Positions 1-13,692 of a stretch of 64,000 nt of DNA are shown piece by piece. Source of the stretch: the human T2T-CHM13v2.0 reference genome, Homo sapiens; the NCBI RefSeq assembly GCF_009914755.1, contig NC_060931.1. One strand, written 5' to 3'. Below the pieces are notes generated by a model, which was given only the letters and a program-made list of their open reading frames with translations, was not told the DNA's origin and ran no database searches. Every line of letters begins with the position of its first letter. Within the stretch, counting starts at the first letter, position 1. Position numbers and translations under genes: made by a program.

Positions 1-2535
1 GAAGGAACACACCTCAAAATAATAAGAGCCATCTATGACAAAACCACAACCAACATTATACTAAATGGGCAAAAGCTGGAAGCATTCCCCTTGAAAACTG
101 GCACAAAACAAAGATGCCCTGTCTCACCACTTCTATTCAACATAGTATTAGAAGTCCTAGCCAGAGCAATCAAGCAAGAGAAAGAAATAAAAGACAACCA
201 AATGGGAAGAGAGGAAGTCAAACTATCTCTCTTTGCAGATGACATGATTCTATGTCAAGAAAACCCCATAGTGTTGGCCCCCAAGCTCCTTCAGCTGATA
301 AACAGCTTCATCAAAACTGCAGGATACAAAATCAATGTACAAAAATCACTAGCATTCCTATACACCAACAACAAACTGAGAGCCAATTGGAAAGTTAGTC
401 CCATTCACAATTGCCATGCACAAACAAAAAAACCCCCAAAACCTAGGAATACAGCTAATCAGGGGGGTGAAAGATCTCCACACTGTGAATTACAAAACAC
501 TGCTGAAAGAATTCAGACAAGACACAAACAAATGGAGAAACATCCCATGCTCACAGATAGGAAGAATCAATATCATTAAAATGGCTATACTTCCCAAAAC
601 AATTTATAGATTCCATGCTATTCCTATCAAACTACCAGTGACATTCTTCACAGAACTAGAAAAAATATTTTAAAATTTATATGGAACCAAAAAAACAAGC
701 CCAAATAGCCAAGGCAATGCTAAGCAAAAAGAACAAAGCTGAAGGAAGCAAGTTACCTGACTTCAAACTGTACTACAAGAGCTACAGTGACTAAAACAGC
801 ATGGTACTGGTACAAAAACAGGCACATAGACCAATGGAACAGAATAGACAGCCTAGAAATAAGGCTGCACTTCTATGACATCTCATCTTTGACAAAGCTG
901 GCACAAACAAGCAATGGGACAGAGCCTCTCTATTCAATAAATGGTGCTGGGATAACTGGCTAGCCAATGGAGATTGAAACTGGACCCCTTCTTTACACCA
1001 TGTACAAAAATCAACTCAATATGGATTAAAGACTAAAATGTAAAACCCAAAACTATAAAAACCCTGGAAGACAACCTAGGCAATACCATCCTGTACCTAG
1101 GAATGGGCAAAGATTTCATGACTGTATTAGTCAGTTTGCATGCTGCTGATGAAGCCATACCCAAGACTTGGCAATTTACAAAAGAAAGATATTTAACTGG
1201 ACTTACAGTTCCATGTGGCTGGGGAAGCCTCACAATCATGGCAGAAGGCAAGGAAGAGCAAGTCACATCTTACATGACGGCAGCAGGCAAACAGAGAGAG
1301 CTTGTGCAGGGGAACTCCTCTTTTTAAAGCCATCAGATCTTCTGAGACTTATTCACTATCACAGAAATAGCATGAGAAAGACTTGCTGCCATGATTCAGT
1401 TACCTGCCACCGGGTCCGTCCCACAACACATGGGAATTCCAGATGAGATTTGGGTGGGGACATAGTCAAACCATATTAATGAAAAAGACACCAAAAGCAA
1501 TCACAACAAAAGCAAAAGTTGACAAGTGGGATCCAATTAAACTTAAGAGTTTCTGCACAGAAAAAGAAACTATCAACAGAGTAAACAGACAACCTTCAGA
1601 ATGGGAGAAAATGTTTACAAACTGACAAATGTCTAATATCCAGCATCTATAAGGAACTTAAGCAAACTTACAAAAGGAAAACAAAGGACCCTATTAAAAA
1701 GTGGGCAAAGGACATGAACAAACACATCTCAAAAGAAGACATACATAAGGCCAACAAGCATATGAAAAAAAGCTCAATATCTCTGATCATAAGATAAATG
1801 CAAATCAAAACCACAAGGAGATATCATCTCACGTCACTGAGAATGGCTATTATTAAGTCAAAAAGTAACAGAGGCTGGCAAGGTTGCAGAGAAAAGGGAA
1901 CACTTATACACTGTTGGTGGGAATGTAAATTAGTTCAACCATTGTTGAAAGCAGCACAACAATCCCTCAAAGAGCCAAAAGCTGAACTACCATTCGACCC
2001 AGCAATCTCATTACTGGGTATATACCCAGAGGAATATAAAGCATTCTACCATAAAGAGACATTTCCAGAAATGTTCATTGCAGCACTGCTCACAATAGCA
2101 AAGACATGGAATCAACCTCAGTGCCCATCAGTGACACACTGGATAAAATAAATCTGGTACATATACCCCATGAAATATAACGCATCCATAGAAAAGAATG
2201 AGATCATGCCTTTTGCAGGAACATGAATGGAGCTAGAGGCTATCATCAAATTAGCAAACTAACCCAGGAAAGGAAAACCAAATACCACATGATCTCACAT
2301 ATAAGTGAGAGCTGAATGATAAGAGCTGATGAACACAAGAAGGAAACAAGAGACACTGAGGTCTACTTGAGGGGGATGGTCGGAGAAGGGAGAGGAGCAG
2401 AAAAGATAACTATTGGGTACTGAGCTTAATACCTGGGTGATATAATAATATGTACAACAAACCCCATGACACGTGTTTATCTATGTAACAAACCTTTACA
2501 TGTACCTCAAAACCTAAAATAAAACTTATAAAAAA
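1..2535 (+). mobile_element. LINE-1 3' portion (ORF2 RT/C-terminal relic + 3'UTR), older primate L1PA/L1PB-class; runs off the window start
   Basis: ORF fragments match L1 ORF2 ([72 protein letters not shown]) with frameshifts; typical 3'UTR, AATAAA and A-rich tail near 2518-2535. Confidence 0.95.
1123..1478 (-). mobile_element. THE1-type MaLR solo LTR inserted in the L1
   Basis: TGTATTAGTC...GAGATTTGGGTGGGGACATAGTCAAACCATATTA matches the reverse THE1 LTR; 5-bp TSD ATGAC (1118-1122)/ATGAA (1479-1483); L1 resumes after it. Confidence 0.9.
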
Positions 2536-2779
2536 GCATAATTCAGTTCCCAAGAGATTTTTCCTGGATGTGAGATGATGTGTGGCTTAGAAAGTATTCC
2601 TTTATTGTTTGGCTCTCTTCCCTACAAAATGTAAATTCTAATTTCGTTCCTCTTAAATATGAACTGGCATAATTTTGGAGAACAGTTTCTAAAAGTCAAT
2701 AAATTTCCATCTGGCTCTCTTCTTCAAATATTCTTAGAGTACATCTGCTTTGCTATAAGTAAGCTGAAGCCATCCCATC

Positions 2780-3062
2780 TGGAGGCAAATAGAGAAGCCA
2801 TGCACAGGTGCTGTGGCCAAAAATCAAGCTGAAGTCCCAGCTGACAGACAGTATCAGCCACCAGACCTATGAGTGAGGAAGTCTTTGAGATGGCTCCAAG
2901 CCCAGCCACCAGCTGCCTGCAAAGCATGAGAGATTCCCAGCAATGACTGCCTATAGGAGCCCGGTCAAATCCTAAAGCCATGAGAAATAGTGATAACAAG
3001 TGATTGACATTGCTATATTCTGCTAAATTTGAAGTGGTTTTCTATGCAGTAATCAATAACCA
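2780..3062 (+). mobile_element. Old MLT1-type MaLR LTR fragment
   Basis: CCAGCTGACAG...GCCACCAGACCTATGAGTGAGGAAGTC...GCTAAATTTGAAGTGGTTTTCTATGCAGTAATCAATAAC resembles an MLT1 3' end. Confidence 0.6.
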
Positions 3063-3489
3063 GGACTGGAGTCAAATCATTTCCAACTCTACTCCGTTTT
3101 CTAATGGTGATAGGTGAAGCAAGTATGCCAAGAGGGTGATTCTGCCTGAGTGGTTCCGGGGTCCCTGTTGTGTCCTCCCAATCCTGAAGGACTGGAAAGC
3201 AATTTATCTGGGTCCATTAGTTTGCTCTAATTTCACGTTTAAGCCTCAATTCTGGGGAGTGGTGGCTTGATGGACGGAGGGATCAAGATCATCCAGAGAA
3301 GGGTTTGGCAGGGCAGTTTAAAGTGAGCATGAGGTGTGATTCTTTCCACCTTTAGAACTAAAATAGAAAAAGGATTAGACAACGCTCCTATGAGAGAAGA
3401 TGTTGGAATCTACAGTAGAAAAGATAAGAGTATGAGTGTTCATAATACACTACCTGTAATTCTCATGGTAGCCTCTGAAGCTTGATCAT

Positions 3490-3818
3490 AATGAGCTCTG
3501 ATTATGACACATTTTGTAGCCATACGCCCTTGGGCAAGTTTCTTATCTCTGGCTTTATCAGTTTCCTTTCTTGTAAAATGAAAAGCCCATTACATCGATT
3601 GTTTTTAGGAAAATGAAAAGAGTTAGTGTTTTTAAAGTGGCTTTGGACACTGCCTAACAAATAGTAAATGCTAGTTAAATGTTGGTTAAATAAAATAAAA
3701 TAACTGTAACTTTAGGATTCCCATATTTTCCAGGCTTTCAGGGACAGTAATTTATCTTATGTCAAAATATTGTTGTGAAGTTCTTAAATCTTTATGATAT
3801 TTTCTTGTTTCTTTCTTT

Positions 3819-3852
<34 letters not shown>

Positions 3853-4040
3853 GTTAACATGGTGAAGAGCGTGGAGAAGGACGTTTAACTACCTTAAGCC
3901 TCAGTATTCTAAGCTATAAAATGGAAAGAAGATTAGTACTTACCTCATAAGATAGTCATGAGGATTAAATATTATTTAAAAACACTTAAGCACCGTATAT
4001 GACACACAGAAGATAATAAATGTGAGTTATCATCACTATT
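3490..4040 (+). mobile_element. Two MIR fragments (about 3490-3690 and 3885-4040) flanking a poly-T run (3820-3851)
   Basis: MIR core-like CCTTGGGCAAGTTTCTT...CAGTTTCC..TGTAAAATG and AAGCCTCAGT...TATAAAATGG...TACCTCATAAGA..TGAGGATTAAAT. Confidence 0.6.
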
Positions 4041-4703
4041 ACCTTTTTCACCTCTGCAAAACTCCTGAGTACTAGAAAGGAGAAAACCTTCTGGATGCTC
4101 CTGGTTCACAGGATTGTGTGATTTGGCTCCAGCAATGTCTTGGAACTGGGTCCCTCCTGAGGTCAGTGATTCAGAATTACTGGACTTCTTAGGTTTCAGC
4201 TCTTCCTAGCTCAATACCCCTCTCTCTAAAGAGAAAAAGTATTACCCCCTCCAATTCTACTCATGTTTCACTAGGGACATCTCGTGACTAGCATGAGGCT
4301 CAGAAAAGATGTGGAGGGATGAGAGGGTGGAGCAGGTCAGTGCTGGGAAGCCTCCCAACCTGAATGGGTTGCACTCATTGTCAGCTGGCTTTCTTCCTGC
4401 AGATTAGGGTGGATTAAGGGATTTTTGTAAGGTGAGAAAGATTAATACTACATTTTATAAGCCAGACATCCTGGAAATTTCATTAAAGACAAATGTTATC
4501 TTTGTTTTATAAAACCCAACACCTGTTTATCAAGAAAAATGCAGAAAAGGAACAACATAAATATGAAACAACAATAAAAACCTGCAACTCCTTTTAGAGT
4601 TGCTCGCATTGACATGTCAGGCACCACAAAATGATCTTTTTCCTTTACCCCATTCTTTATATTTTTTCCCTCGCCAAAAAAGTAAATAATTCTTTTTTCT
4701 CTA

Positions 4704-4933
<230 letters not shown>

Positions 4934-7900
4934 TAAAATTTCTTCTCTTTATATTGCTGATGTGGTTTGTATTTCCTGAATGAATCTGGAGTAATACAAT
5001 GTCTGAGGAAAAACCTTTGGTGGAACCCACAGCTATGGGAAGATAAATTTTCTATGGTGTGAAGACACTTTATTTCTAATATTTGGTAATGTCAATATAT
5101 GATTGACAAAGAAATATACCTTCCCCATCCTGCCTCATTCTTGTTACCCAGATGTGGGTCATCTTTTGCCCAAAGCCAGTGTTTAAAGCTCATCTAACTA
5201 CTATTTTATTCCATTCTCCAAATCAGATTCAAAACTAAAATACAGTAGCAAAAATAAAAATTGTTCTGGACACTACACAGGAAACTAAAGAAAATAATTT
5301 GTATTATATTACCACACAGCATAATTTTCTAAAGACCTATTTTAGTTATTTTTATTCTTTTTTGAAATTTCTTCCTAAGTCTATCCTACCTTACCTCTTT
5401 TCTTCTTCTACATCTCTAATGTCTCTCTCTCTCTCTTTTTTAAAAGATTATTGTCTTCTCCATTAGATCCAGCCTTCAGTTTGCATATCTCACTCAGTAG
5501 AACATGGCAGGTAGCCATCCTGTGGGAGGGTGTAACTCTCCCATCCCATGTGGCTTATGAAGTTATTGATTGAACAAAAATGTAGCTGATTTGGGTTGAA
5601 AGAAGGGGGTTAAATTACATAGCTAAAAAAAAGAATAAAATATTTTGTTATGCCTCTTTCTCAAATGAAATGAGAGATTTTGTCTTTTTTTTTTGGTAAA
5701 CACATGTAAAACAATGTAATAATGTGGAGAACATGCTAAGCTACAGTGAAGAAAATTTATTTTTCCTAGACATGGCAGTAAATGGAAATTTCTTTATCAA
5801 GGGCAAAATAATCCTAGTAGTTAAACAGGAAGAAGAAAATGAAAAGGACTTCAGGGGATTAAGGAGGGAGTTACTGATTTCAAAACTGCAGTTTCGGAGT
5901 TCAAAGTGTTGATCATCAAAAACGGAAAATGTGATTTTGAAGTGAGGAAACCCCAAAAGAAAGTTAAATGATAATTCAGTGGTGAGAGTCACATCGGAGC
6001 AGTGTCTATAATTCTGTATGAGTGCTCCTTGGAAAAGAAAATGGAGGAAGAGGTCCTGTGGGAGAGGCAGTTATGTGTAAAGAAACTTTAGAGGCTTGGA
6101 GAGGCGTTTCTCAGAAATCTGCCCAGCCTTTCCATTCTACATGCAATAGAGAGAAATGCAGTGGGGTGATGAGGGAGGCTTCTAACACGCCAGGACAACA
6201 ATCCAGTGACTCCCAGGGAAGCATAATCTTTTGTCTTATAATTTTTTAAACTGCAGATATAGTACATGAGTGGTATGAGAAATTACCACAACACAAAGTT
6301 GTGTGAACTGTGAAAGTTCCCCTTACGAATGAAGACAAAACTAACTTTCCAACAGTTCTTCAGAACATATGGCCTTATATTTTCTGTTTGGAAAACAGTG
6401 TACTCTACTGCTATCAGATCTTTGAGCCAGAAGCTGGCCTTGGAGGAAACCTGTGGCCTTTCACTGCATGGGTCCCTCCAAGTCTAATAAGAGTCTCAGA
6501 GGCAGAGCTGGCAAGGGCTAAGAACACTGCAAATAGAAATGGACCACAAAAATAGGAAAGTCATTTAAAAAATGAAGTTGGATTATGCACACGGACGTGT
6601 CCTTAAAAATAAACTCTGTTAAGTAATGAAGGCTTTGCATGGGGACTGTGTACATAAAATCACAGTAGACTGTTGAGGTCATGTTAGAGCGCTTATATAA
6701 CTCTCGGGTAAGTTTTGATGAAGGGATTTGTGCCTTGCAGTGAGAAGATGAGATCAGTTAGTAAAGGAGAAAATGAATTGATTTATTCTGTAGAAGTAGG
6801 GAACTTGTTAAAAAAATGGAGAAACTAAGAAATTATTGAAAACTATGATTTCTTCAAGATGTCTGGAAATCCTATAGTTTAGATGGCATACAAATAGAAA
6901 GTGGTTAGACTGAGCTAGTCAGAATAAATGAGTATCTCTAGGACTAAGACTTTTGTATTTGTGCCCCATCAACAAATTGACATTTTAAATTGACTTTTAA
7001 AAGTGAGACTAAATAATATGAAGATAGAAAATATTTTATTTTTTAAAGACATTTTAAAATTTGATTTCAAAACTAAAGTCACTTTCCATGAAAGATAAAT
7101 AGTGGTGTTACAGCAAAATAATAAATTAAATAAGATTTATAGGGGAAAAGAGATAATTTATTTATAGAGATAAATTTAGCAATTTATCTTATTAAGACAA
7201 ATGTTCTTATATAAATATTCTTGAAGCCCTCCCTACTCCTAAGCTTCCATTTGTGAATTTTTTAAAGACTTTATTAGTCAGATATTCTGTTCCTTGCAAC
7301 TTCCTAAGAGATGTGTTCACATTTATACCTTTTTTTTTTAACTTAAACGCTTATTTTATTAGGGTGAATTTATAAAAGCTAAGTTGTTGTTTAAAATGGC
7401 ATATGACATATACAGTTTAATAAAAATTCACAAATTGTAAAGCATTAAACAAAATAAGAGACTGAAACTGGCAAGAATAAGTACTAAACAAACACTATTG
7501 GATAACATAAAGGATTAATAATTTGTTTGCCTTTTTCTTTTCTCTGGACCTGCCCTGATCTCTCATCTTCTGTGTATCTCACACTTCCTGTTAAGTCTTG
7601 GAACCTTCCCTCTATCTGGGGTGGGAAGCTGAATAGGTAGGTATTGATGGTGGTAATTAAGTGGAGCAGAAAAGTATTTCAGAGGGAACAGGGAAAACTT
7701 AATCTCATTTTGTTCAAGGCGGAAGCCCAAGATGTTTTAGTTGGGGTAGATATAAGGCTACCTATTTACACAAAGAGAGCTATATATGAAATTAATTTAG
7801 ATTATACACAAACATAAAAACAATTCAATGAGAACAAAGGAAATAAGACAGAAAAGGTTAGTTGTGATCAAATATTTGAGAATGTTGAATGCAAGGCTAA

Positions 7901-8047
7901 GAAATTTTGGCTGCATTTTAGGGGCAGTGATAAGGCAGTATTAAGAGCTCAGCTTTTCTCTACAAACATGCCATCCATACTTACAAAAGGATAGAAAATT
8001 GCTAATGGGCACGTATACCTTTCAGTACTCTCCTCCTCTGAAATATT

Positions 8048-8422
8048 TATTATGGACTGCATGTTTGTGCCCCACTTCCCAAATTCGTATATTAAAAATT
8101 TAACCTCCAATGGGATGGTGTTGAGGTGGAGTCTTTGGGAGGTAATTAGGTTTAGATAAGGTCTAGAGGGTGGCCCCCATGATGGGATTAATGTACCAAT
8201 TTGTAAGAAGAGAAAAAGGACTAGAACTGGCTCTCTTGGCCATGAGTGGATGCAACTAGAAGATGGCCATTAGGAAACGTGGAAGCTATCCTCACCAGAC
8301 ACCAGACTACCTGGTGTCTTGATCTTGGACTTCACAGGCTCCACTGCAAGAAATAAGTGTCTGTTGTGCAAGCCACCCAGTCTGCGATATTTTTGTTATA
8401 GCTGACTGAGCTGCCTAAGACA
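8048..8422 (+). mobile_element. MLT1A-like MaLR LTR
   Basis: TATGGACTGCATGTTTGTG...GGTAATTAGGTTTAGATAAGG...TTGATCTTGGACTTC...AAGCCACCCAGTCTGCGATATTTTTGTTATAGC...TAAGACA. Confidence 0.8.
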
Positions 8423-9220
8423 GTACCCTTCCTTCACCTTATCACTGAACCACAAATAAACTCCCATTTCCAACTGCCTCCACCTGTACCGTTCTGTTTT
8501 CTGATCCCAGTGTGTCTTTTCCTTTGTCTCATTCCAGATAACCATGAGAGTCACGTGCAGGGTCTTCTGCTCCAAGCCCTCCTTTCAATGCCACACAGAA
8601 CAATGAAGATTTGAGGGACGACTCGTGGAAGAACTAAAGCCAGAGTCTGTGATGCACTCTTCAAACAGGACTGAAGAGAATAGATAATATATCTGTAGCC
8701 ATTTATGACCTCAAGGCACAATATCTATTTTCTGCAAACTTATCTGAATTTGTACCTTTTTGTTTCTGTTTGTAGTTTAAATTAGTACATCATGTGGGCT
8801 GGGATTTGGGGGAACTTGTGGTGAAAAAGGGACACAGATTGTCTCCAGAGACCAGGCCTGCTATAGCAAATTTCTAGTTGGAAAACAAGAAAGATCTTGG
8901 AGGAAAGGAATATACAGGTAGGTGAAACCTTGGAAAACACAGGAAACCTGTGAATTTTAAATATTTCTGCATCTACAGGTTTCTGCTACCTAGCTTCCCA
9001 GAGTTTCAGACAGATTGAAGAAAAAGGAAAGAAAGACCATTCTGTTCTATCAGCAGCAATCCACTGGGAATGCCCACTTGGGCTTTATCTTAGCTTTACT
9101 GTGAATCTTTTGAATGATTTTGGGCAATTAAGTTTAATTTTCTGCATTTTAGTGTCATTATATCTTGTAAGGTATGAATGCATGATCTACCATAAAAGTT
9201 CATGTTTTCAATTAATTGAT

Positions 9221-9524
9221 TTTTATTTTTAGAGATAGGGACTTGTGTCTCCTAGGCTGAAGTGCAGTGGCACAATCAAAGCTCACTGCAGCCTCAAACT
9301 CCTGGGCTCAAGTAATCTTCTCACCTTAGTCTTTCAAGTAGCTGGAACTACAGGCATGCACCACCATGCCCAGATAATTTTTTAATTTTTTGTAGAGGCA
9401 GTGTTGTCCAGGCTGATCTCTTAACTGTTGCCCAGGCTGATCTCAAACTCCTGACCTCAAGTGATCCTCCCAACCTGGCTTCTCAAGGAGTTTGGATTAC
9501 AGGCATGAGCCACCACACCTGGCC
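9221..9524 (-). mobile_element. AluJ-like element with a short internal tandem duplication
   Basis: Reverse Alu with J-type GCTCACTGCAGCCTCAAACTCCTGGGCTCAAG; TGTTGYCCAGGCTGATCTC occurs twice around 9402-9444. Confidence 0.9.
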
Positions 9525-9745
9525 CCAGAAATGCAAGTTAAAATACATACTGTGGCCAAATCTTAAAACAAAATTTATCTGACATATTTTTAGAGTTCTT
9601 GATTTTGTAAAAAAACAAAATGTGGTGGTAACAGTGACCTCTAAGCTTGTTCACCTTTTTATTCTCAATGTATCACATAGAGTTTGGCATATAGTTGGTG
9701 ATCAGTAAACTTATATTGATTAGGTTGAATTAATGACTAAATAAC

Positions 9746-10104
9746 TGCATTAGTCCATTCTCACACTGCTATAAAGACATGCCTGCAACTGAGTAATTTA
9801 TAAAGAAAAGAAGTTTAGGCAGCTCATGATTCTGCAGGCTGTACAGGCTTCTGCTTCTTGGGAGGCCTCAGGAAACTTATAATCATGGTAGAAGGGAAAG
9901 CAAACACATCTTCATGTGGATGGCAGGATTAGGGGGGTGCAACCCACTTGAAACAAGCTGGTTTTGGGAGAACTCTATCACAAGAACAGCAAGGGGGAAG
10001 CCTGCCCCCACGATTCAATCACCTCCCACCAGGCCCCACCTCCAATACTGGGAATTACAATTCGACATGAGACTTGGGTGGGGACACACAGCCAAACCAC
10101 ATCA
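9746..10104 (-). mobile_element. MSTA-type MaLR solo LTR
   Basis: TGCATTAGTCCATTCTCACACTGCTATAAAG...GGGGACACACAGCCAAACCACATCA; perfect 5-bp TSD ATAAC (9741-9745 / 10105-10109). Confidence 0.88.
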
Positions 10105-10235
10105 ATAACCTTTCACATTTTCTCAATATAATAGTTTGGCCCTATGTCCACCTTCTTAACAGCTAGTTTCAAGAGAAAGTTAATCAATGCCGACAGGGAC
10201 CATTCTTGAAAAGACGTGGTACAAGACAGTATATT

Positions 10236-10241
10236 TTTATT
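10236..10241 (-). terminator. Polyadenylation signal of the trypsinogen pseudogene
   Basis: AATAAA on the minus strand about 75 nt after the stop codon. Confidence 0.65.
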
Positions 10242-10315
10242 TAGATACTGTGTTTTGGCATAGAAAGAAGGTAAAGTTGATGAATAGGATATGGAACATG
10301 AAGAGATAAAGGTGT

Positions 10316-10621
<306 letters not shown>

Positions 10622-11005
10622 CTACTTACTATATCAGTAGTTAGTCTTCCTTATACCTTATTTGAGCCCCTTCTCTTTCCTTGGTAGGCCAAGTGGGCCA
10701 AGAGGAGGTTTCATGCTGCTTAACTAGCTCTGCTCCTTCCGCTAGAGTTCCTTTCCACAGTTTACCTCCTCAGAAGGGCACTTAGAAATACTATTTGCAC
10801 ACCATCTTCTGTGCATCTTTTAACTCTTAAACCTAGACATTAATACAATAAAAATAAAATATTTAATTTGTCCCAAGGCTATCCCTCACCTCTCACAATC
10901 AGTTATAGGGACAGTTTTACAATCTTCTGTGTTTCTGAAAAGGGGAATTATGGTGGAGAAGACTAAGAATAAGCTGGAATTGAGAAGCAGTACAAAGAAA
11001 CTAAC

Positions 11006-11142
11006 CTGGCAAGAGTCCTTTCAACCCTCCAGGAATCCCAGACATATCATGTTTGTAGTAATCTTGCCTGGGTAGGCTGTGCGGCAAGCAGTGTTAGAGA
11101 GAATGGGAGCCTTCAGACACTGCAGGAGATCAGGGTAGTTGG
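11006..11142 (-). pseudogene. PRSS3P3: Trypsinogen pseudogene exon 4
   Basis: [44 protein letters not shown]|gttag; 137 nt; acceptor AG>GG; in-frame TGA at 11023-11021. Confidence 0.93.
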
Positions 11143-11663
11143 CCGTGGAGTGGAAGAGTGAAAAATGCAAGATTACTCATGAGGTTTCCAAAATTTTCTT
11201 TCTCAATACATCTCCCTTCTTCCCCAATACTCTCACTTTTTCTTTCAATTAGCCAACGGCTTCTCATTTGAGAGAACAATACTTTCTTTTCTAGAAGCTT
11301 TCCCAAATAGTTCTAATCAATGAATTGTTCCAATTCATTCCAATTGAATGCTCCAAGCAAGACCAAATCCCTGAGTCTTTGTTTTGTTTACCTCCTCAGT
11401 TTATAGTTCTCTGCCCATCACTAATCACACTTCAGTTAAATACCCTGATATCTTCATAGTACTTCATTATTATGTCTTCTGCATGGTTCCAGCAAAGGAA
11501 TCTTCTTCATTTCAATTATTAATAGTATATTTCTGAGATTCCATGTATCCAAAAACTATGCTCTGGGAACTTAACCTTAAGTGAGTTTGGACTAGCTGAC
11601 TTTCCACATGTCTTTCAGCTCTAAAATTGTCACACTTGGTACTTCTGTTTCAGGCGACACTAA

Positions 11664-11917
11664 AGCCACTGCTCAGGGTGTTGTCCCAGCCAGAGATGAG
11701 GCACTGAGTACCAGCCGCTGCACAGGATCTTGGCAGAGAGATGGTGGCCACTTGAGAGTTGATGGTGGCGACTGAGCTCAGCTTAATCAGCATGATGTCA
11801 TTATCAATGGTGGCTGAGTTATACTTGGGGTGGCAAATAATCTTGGCTGCATTTATGAATTGTTCATTGCCTTCATAGACCTTAATGTTGTATTCTCCAA
11901 GATGCACATGGATTCGG
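11664..11917 (-). pseudogene. PRSS3P3: Trypsinogen pseudogene exon 3 (Asp102)
   Basis: cag|[48 protein letters not shown]...[13 protein letters not shown]; 254 nt; donor reads TTAGTG (GT lost). Confidence 0.93.
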
Positions 11918-12703
11918 CTGGATTAAAAGATATAAGAGGTTCCTAAGTATCTAGCTTGAGTTATTTCCACTCCTCCTGACCCCCCATTTATGAGCATAAA
12001 CACAGACACCATCCTTTTCAAGCAATCGGTCATACAGTAATTGTGCACTTAAGGTAGCATTCTGCACCACCACATGGTACAGGTTAGAGTTTTCCTTAGA
12101 GAAGTGTCACTGCAAGTGCAGACTCACTGCCCGCCATCTTGTTAGAATAGTAAGGAATGGGAATGAGAACTCAAGGACTTGAATAAAACAGTTGGAGATA
12201 AAAAGGAAGTTGGTGGAGATTGATCAGCATTTGCCATTTCTCTCTGGTTGGGATCACCAGTTATCACAGGGAATGAAGCAGGAGTCAGAGAAATGGCAGA
12301 ATGTTAAGGGAACAGAATGAATCATGCATATTTTTAATGTTGCACTGTAAATTCTCTGTATTTTATTACTTCCATATACAGTTTATACTGGCTGAGCTAC
12401 AGTAATTAGCACTATGTACTGATTCATGTCATAAGCTATTTCTAGGGATAGTTCATCACTCACTATTTCCCTTCCATATCTTGAATACCATCATTTGGGA
12501 AGACATCAGGGAACCCTGAAGGGTACCTCTCCATGCAAATCCCCCTTTATACATCAGATAATGCCTGAGAAAATAAGAAGTCTCTGGAGGTCTGAATGCC
12601 TCACCCTCAAGCACAACTCTGCAGTTTACTCTGGATTGTGTTTTGTCAGGGATAGAGGATTAATTAATCTTAGTGCATAAGAAAATGAGTATCAATGAAT
12701 TAC

Positions 12704-12866
12704 GACTTATAGCAGTGAGCCGTGGACACCTCCCATTTGTTATTGATGAGGGAGCCACCACAGAAGTGATAGCCAGCATTCAGGGACCCTGATAGGGGAC
12801 AGCATTCGTCTGACAGGTGTAGCCCCCCAACGATCTTGTCATCATCATCACTAGTGGGGAAAGTGG
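12704..12866 (-). pseudogene. PRSS3P3: Trypsinogen pseudogene exon 2 (activation peptide, His57)
   Basis: ag|..[14 protein letters not shown]...[28 protein letters not shown]|gt; internal +1 and -1 frameshifts. Confidence 0.93.
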
Positions 12867-13137
12867 CTGACAGAGGAAAGTTGGGAACTATCAGTTAAAC
12901 AGATTCATCTTAAAGTTTCTACAATACCATGAAAAGTTTTCTCAGATTTACCAAAAGAGCAGAACGTTCTCTTGTCTCACATAATCAGGAAATGGTGGCT
13001 TTAAGGTAATTTGGGGGGGAAATTTATTATCCCATACCTTTAAATTGTACCCCACTTATAACATTATAACTATCTATTTTTTAATTTATGCTTTAACTTT
13101 GATAAATGCATTCTTTTTTTAATATATGTACTATTCA

Positions 13138-13171
13138 GACACACACACACACGAGCGCGCGCACACACACA
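13138..13171. repeat. (AC)n/(GC)n microsatellite in intron 1
   Basis: ACACACACACACGAGCGCGCGCACACACACAC. Confidence 0.85.
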
Positions 13172-13391
13172 CTCAAAGATCAGAAACTCTTGACACAGTA
13201 AATGTCCTGAATATCACTTCCTGAAGACACAAGGAAACTTTTTTCACAGAACTCTGCTCCGCAGCCATACAATTAGGTGTAATGCTTTTCAGTAGTCATG
13301 CTGATGTTGGTTTGTGGTCGTTGGTAGGATGTTGGTATGGGAGAGAGAGCCCCATACAGTAACAGAAAGGAAGCTTTAAAAAGGCACCTGA

Positions 13392-13692
13392 GGCTGGTTG
13401 CGGTGGCTTATGCCTGTAATCCCAGCACTTTGGGAGGCCGAGGCAGGCGGATCACGAGGTCAGGAGATCGAGACCATCCTGGCTAACACGGTGAAACCCC
13501 GTCTCTACTAAAAATACAAAAAATTAGCTGGGCGTGGTGGCGGGCGCCTGTAGTCCCAGCTACTCGGGAGGCTGAGGCGGAGCATGGCATGAACCTGGGA
13601 GGCGGAGCTTGCAGTGAGCCAAGATGGCACCACTGCACTCCGGCCTGGGCGACAGGGCGAGACTCTGTCTCATAAAAAAACAAAAAAAAAAC
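13392..13692 (+). mobile_element. AluY in trypsinogen pseudogene intron 1
   Basis: Y-diagnostic GATCGAGACCATCCTGGCTAACACGG and GCGGAGCTTGCAG; TSD AAGGCACCTGA (13381-13391 / 13694-13704). Confidence 0.95.

Noticed and set aside
91-2151. ORFs with reverse-transcriptase motifs (LFADDMI)
   Set aside because: Frameshifted fragments of a dead LINE-1 ORF2, not a novel RT system
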